This document shows positions 61,681 to 64,000 of a stretch of DNA of 64,000 nt, piece after piece (position 1 is the first letter of the stretch; every line of letters starts with the position of its first letter). The translations under genes and the position numbers were made by a program. This DNA is from the human T2T-CHM13v2.0 reference genome, Homo sapiens: the NCBI RefSeq assembly GCF_009914755.1, contig NC_060926.1; one strand, 5' to 3'. The notes below the pieces were generated by a model, which saw only the letters and a list, made by a program, of their open reading frames with translations, had not been told where the DNA came from and searched no databases.

Positions 61681-64000
61681 TGTGGTGGTTAAGGTTCTCT
61701 GGGCTGCAAGGAACAGAAACTCAATTTGTAGTAGCTCAGGCAAAAAGGCAATTGTTTGAAGATAACTGGAATAATTCATGAACTCTAGGATCAGGAAGAC
61801 AGCAGAGCCTCAGGAACAGGACGAGGGACAGGAGCAGGACAGGAGAGCCAGGAACCCTCTCACTCCACCCTCCTTCAGGATGGTCTTCATCTGGAAGTAG
61901 CTGAACAACTCTGGAGAGAAGGAATAGAGTGAAATTTCCGTCCCCTTAGGGGCTGAGCCCACAGTGCAGGCCCTTCAGCAAGGCCACCCAGCAATCCAAG
62001 CTGACGTGGCTGAAAGGAGGTGAGCACCCACATTCTTCTATCTGATCACCCACAACCTTTTGAAGTTCCTTGAAGCATCAAGTTGCTTTGAATGCCAATG
62101 AATGCATGTCCTCAAGTTTCTGAGTCTGGAAGGCCAAACGCAGGCTGAGTGATGGTCTTCCAGCTCTATAGTCTTCCTTTGTTTTGTTTAGCTTTACCAT
62201 ACAAAGCCAATGACCGCCTCTCTAAGACTCCCTTTCACTTCTCTTGCCTGCAATGACTACAAGATGTTACTTGTTATACACCATTAACTGCTGAAGAGCT
62301 ATTCAGACGGCCAGGGCGGCAGATGTGATGCTTCTGGGATCCACTTCTGTTTCTAGTATAAAGGCTTAGCTGAGGAGAAATGTCCTATATAAATAACCAT
62401 CCACATGGAAAACCAATAAGGTTCAAAGACCACAGTTTCAAGGAAGTCTTTGCTTTTTGTTTAATGTCCTTTAATTGAAAAATACTGAGCTGAACTTTAT
62501 CCCTGCCATCCCTCTTACACAAACAGGTCCTGCGGGCAATAAGCTGCCCAAGTAAACAAATACTCTATCCAGCTTGGCAGCTGAGATCCTGCTATAAAAA
62601 ACACAATCCCCACTGAATAGCTCCTTTCTGCAACAACTCCAGCCTCACACTTGGTTGAGGTGAGCAGGGTGTATTCAGGTTAACGGCAAACTGGAATCTG
62701 GGTTCTCAACAAAGAGCTCATACATGACTGTCCAGGGCACAGAAACTGGGAGGGTTCGTAAGCCATAGAAACTGTGCAAACGCCAGAACAAGACCCAAGA
62801 CCAATTGAATTGTTGTTGGTCTGACATCCCCAAGGCATTCTTAAACCTGTACCCTGATACCATGATAATGATTTTTTTAATGACGTTAGTAACTCTACAA
62901 GTTCTCCTTGAAATCACAGTAAAAGGGAGTTTCTTTCCAACCCCAATAGGAGGGTTGTGCAGTGTTTTAAAGCCAAAGAGGGAAGAGGGACAAATCAAAA
63001 GGTTGCAAACTTAGTAATGACTGTCTAAGACACACACCAAGCAAAACAAAGGAGCAGACGGAGCTTCCTAAAGGGCAAAGAGTCAGTGTAATTTGTTTTC
63101 TTCTAAGAAAACACCCTCATTGAACTGGATGACAACTGCAGTGTGGAAACTGCAGGGGACCTTTCCAGCTCTATGGCCTAAATGCAAGGCCTGGAACACC
63201 CACATGCCTGTTCTACCTTCAGACAGGGGGCATTCTCCTAAGGTGGAAAATCAACCTTTCATCCTGGAGACTTTCTAATCCTGGACAGTCAGTGAAGATC
63301 TCTGGAAGCAAAATACTAGTGGAGTTGTGTCAGCCTCAGCAGGGATTTGCCCACACGGACAGCAGCCAAGACTGTCCCAGAGGGGCCTGCAGGCTTGTTC
63401 ATGAGCAGATTAGGGGCATCCCTCAGAGAACCCCCTAAATACTTGGTCCTGCAGTATGCCAGTGAAGACAAGCCAACATCACTGAGTAGTTATTGTCCAT
63501 GTAACTTCGTTTGCACGGACAGACAGGCTGAAAGGCCTAGGGAAATTTTGGTGACAATAGTAAAACCAATCATTGATCTCAGTTATGAAGTCCCAAAGTG
63601 CCATGAACTGAACTAGCCACTGTATACACTTTGTCGTTGAATACACACAAAATTCATGTTGTTGAATAAATACATATTTCAAAACCATCCTTGTTCCATA
63701 CTTCTTTTGGGAGAGATTGGTCTTGAAAGACAATCGAACATAATGGGAAGTCTGCCATGTGCCAAACATATTTTCACAATTCATTACAGCCTCAATTACT
63801 ATTCAATTTTCCAATGAGAACAGTGAGACACAGAGAAATTAAGGAGTTGCCTGAGGTCACACAGCAGGTAGGACGGAGAGCTGGGCCATGAACCTGGGTC
63901 TCCTGACTCCGGATTCAGTGCTGTCTTCAGTACAGAATAGCCACCTTGCCCTGTCTGCTTTTTCCTCCCTGGTCTCATCAGCCACTTTTCTCTCAGCCCT

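Overview
Human genomic DNA: Alu-dense, and it includes an AluYa5, a human-lineage subfamily. The window holds the 3' three-quarters of the coding sequence of VIT (vitrin; LCCL plus two VWA domains, paralogue of cochlin/COCH) on the + strand. I could splice ten exons by hand with canonical AG/GT boundaries and consistent phases: 7955-8146, 14652-14708, 15863-15928, 22896-22940, 24509-24571, 28298-28445, 42478-42581, 46616-46842, 49650-50163 and 55360-55538 (stop), 1595 nt in total. They encode a Ser/Thr/Pro-rich linker, VWA1 and VWA2, followed by a 3' UTR with two poly(A) signals. The remainder is intron or downstream DNA filled with about 30 Alus, MaLR LTRs, MER6, Charlie/MER5 DNA transposons and L1/L2/MIR fragments. 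Almost all entries in the ORF track are Alu-derived or chance ORFs. I see no evidence of a wholly new biological system. The best second-look items are: (1) a cryptic acceptor and 39-nt phase-1 micro-exon with a Gly-X-Y reading, 52 nt upstream of the first VWA1 exon; (2) five consecutive frame-symmetric linker exons; (3) a four-layer nested transposon stack topped by a near-pristine AluYa5; (4) a CpG-rich intronic NF-kB/ETS element bracketed by convergent CTCF-like motifs; (5) a CpG-island-like coding exon; (6) a closely spaced inverted Alu pair; (7) the probable tail of a short LCCL-only isoform at the window start. Repeat subfamily names and isoform details come from my recall of consensus sequences, not from a search.
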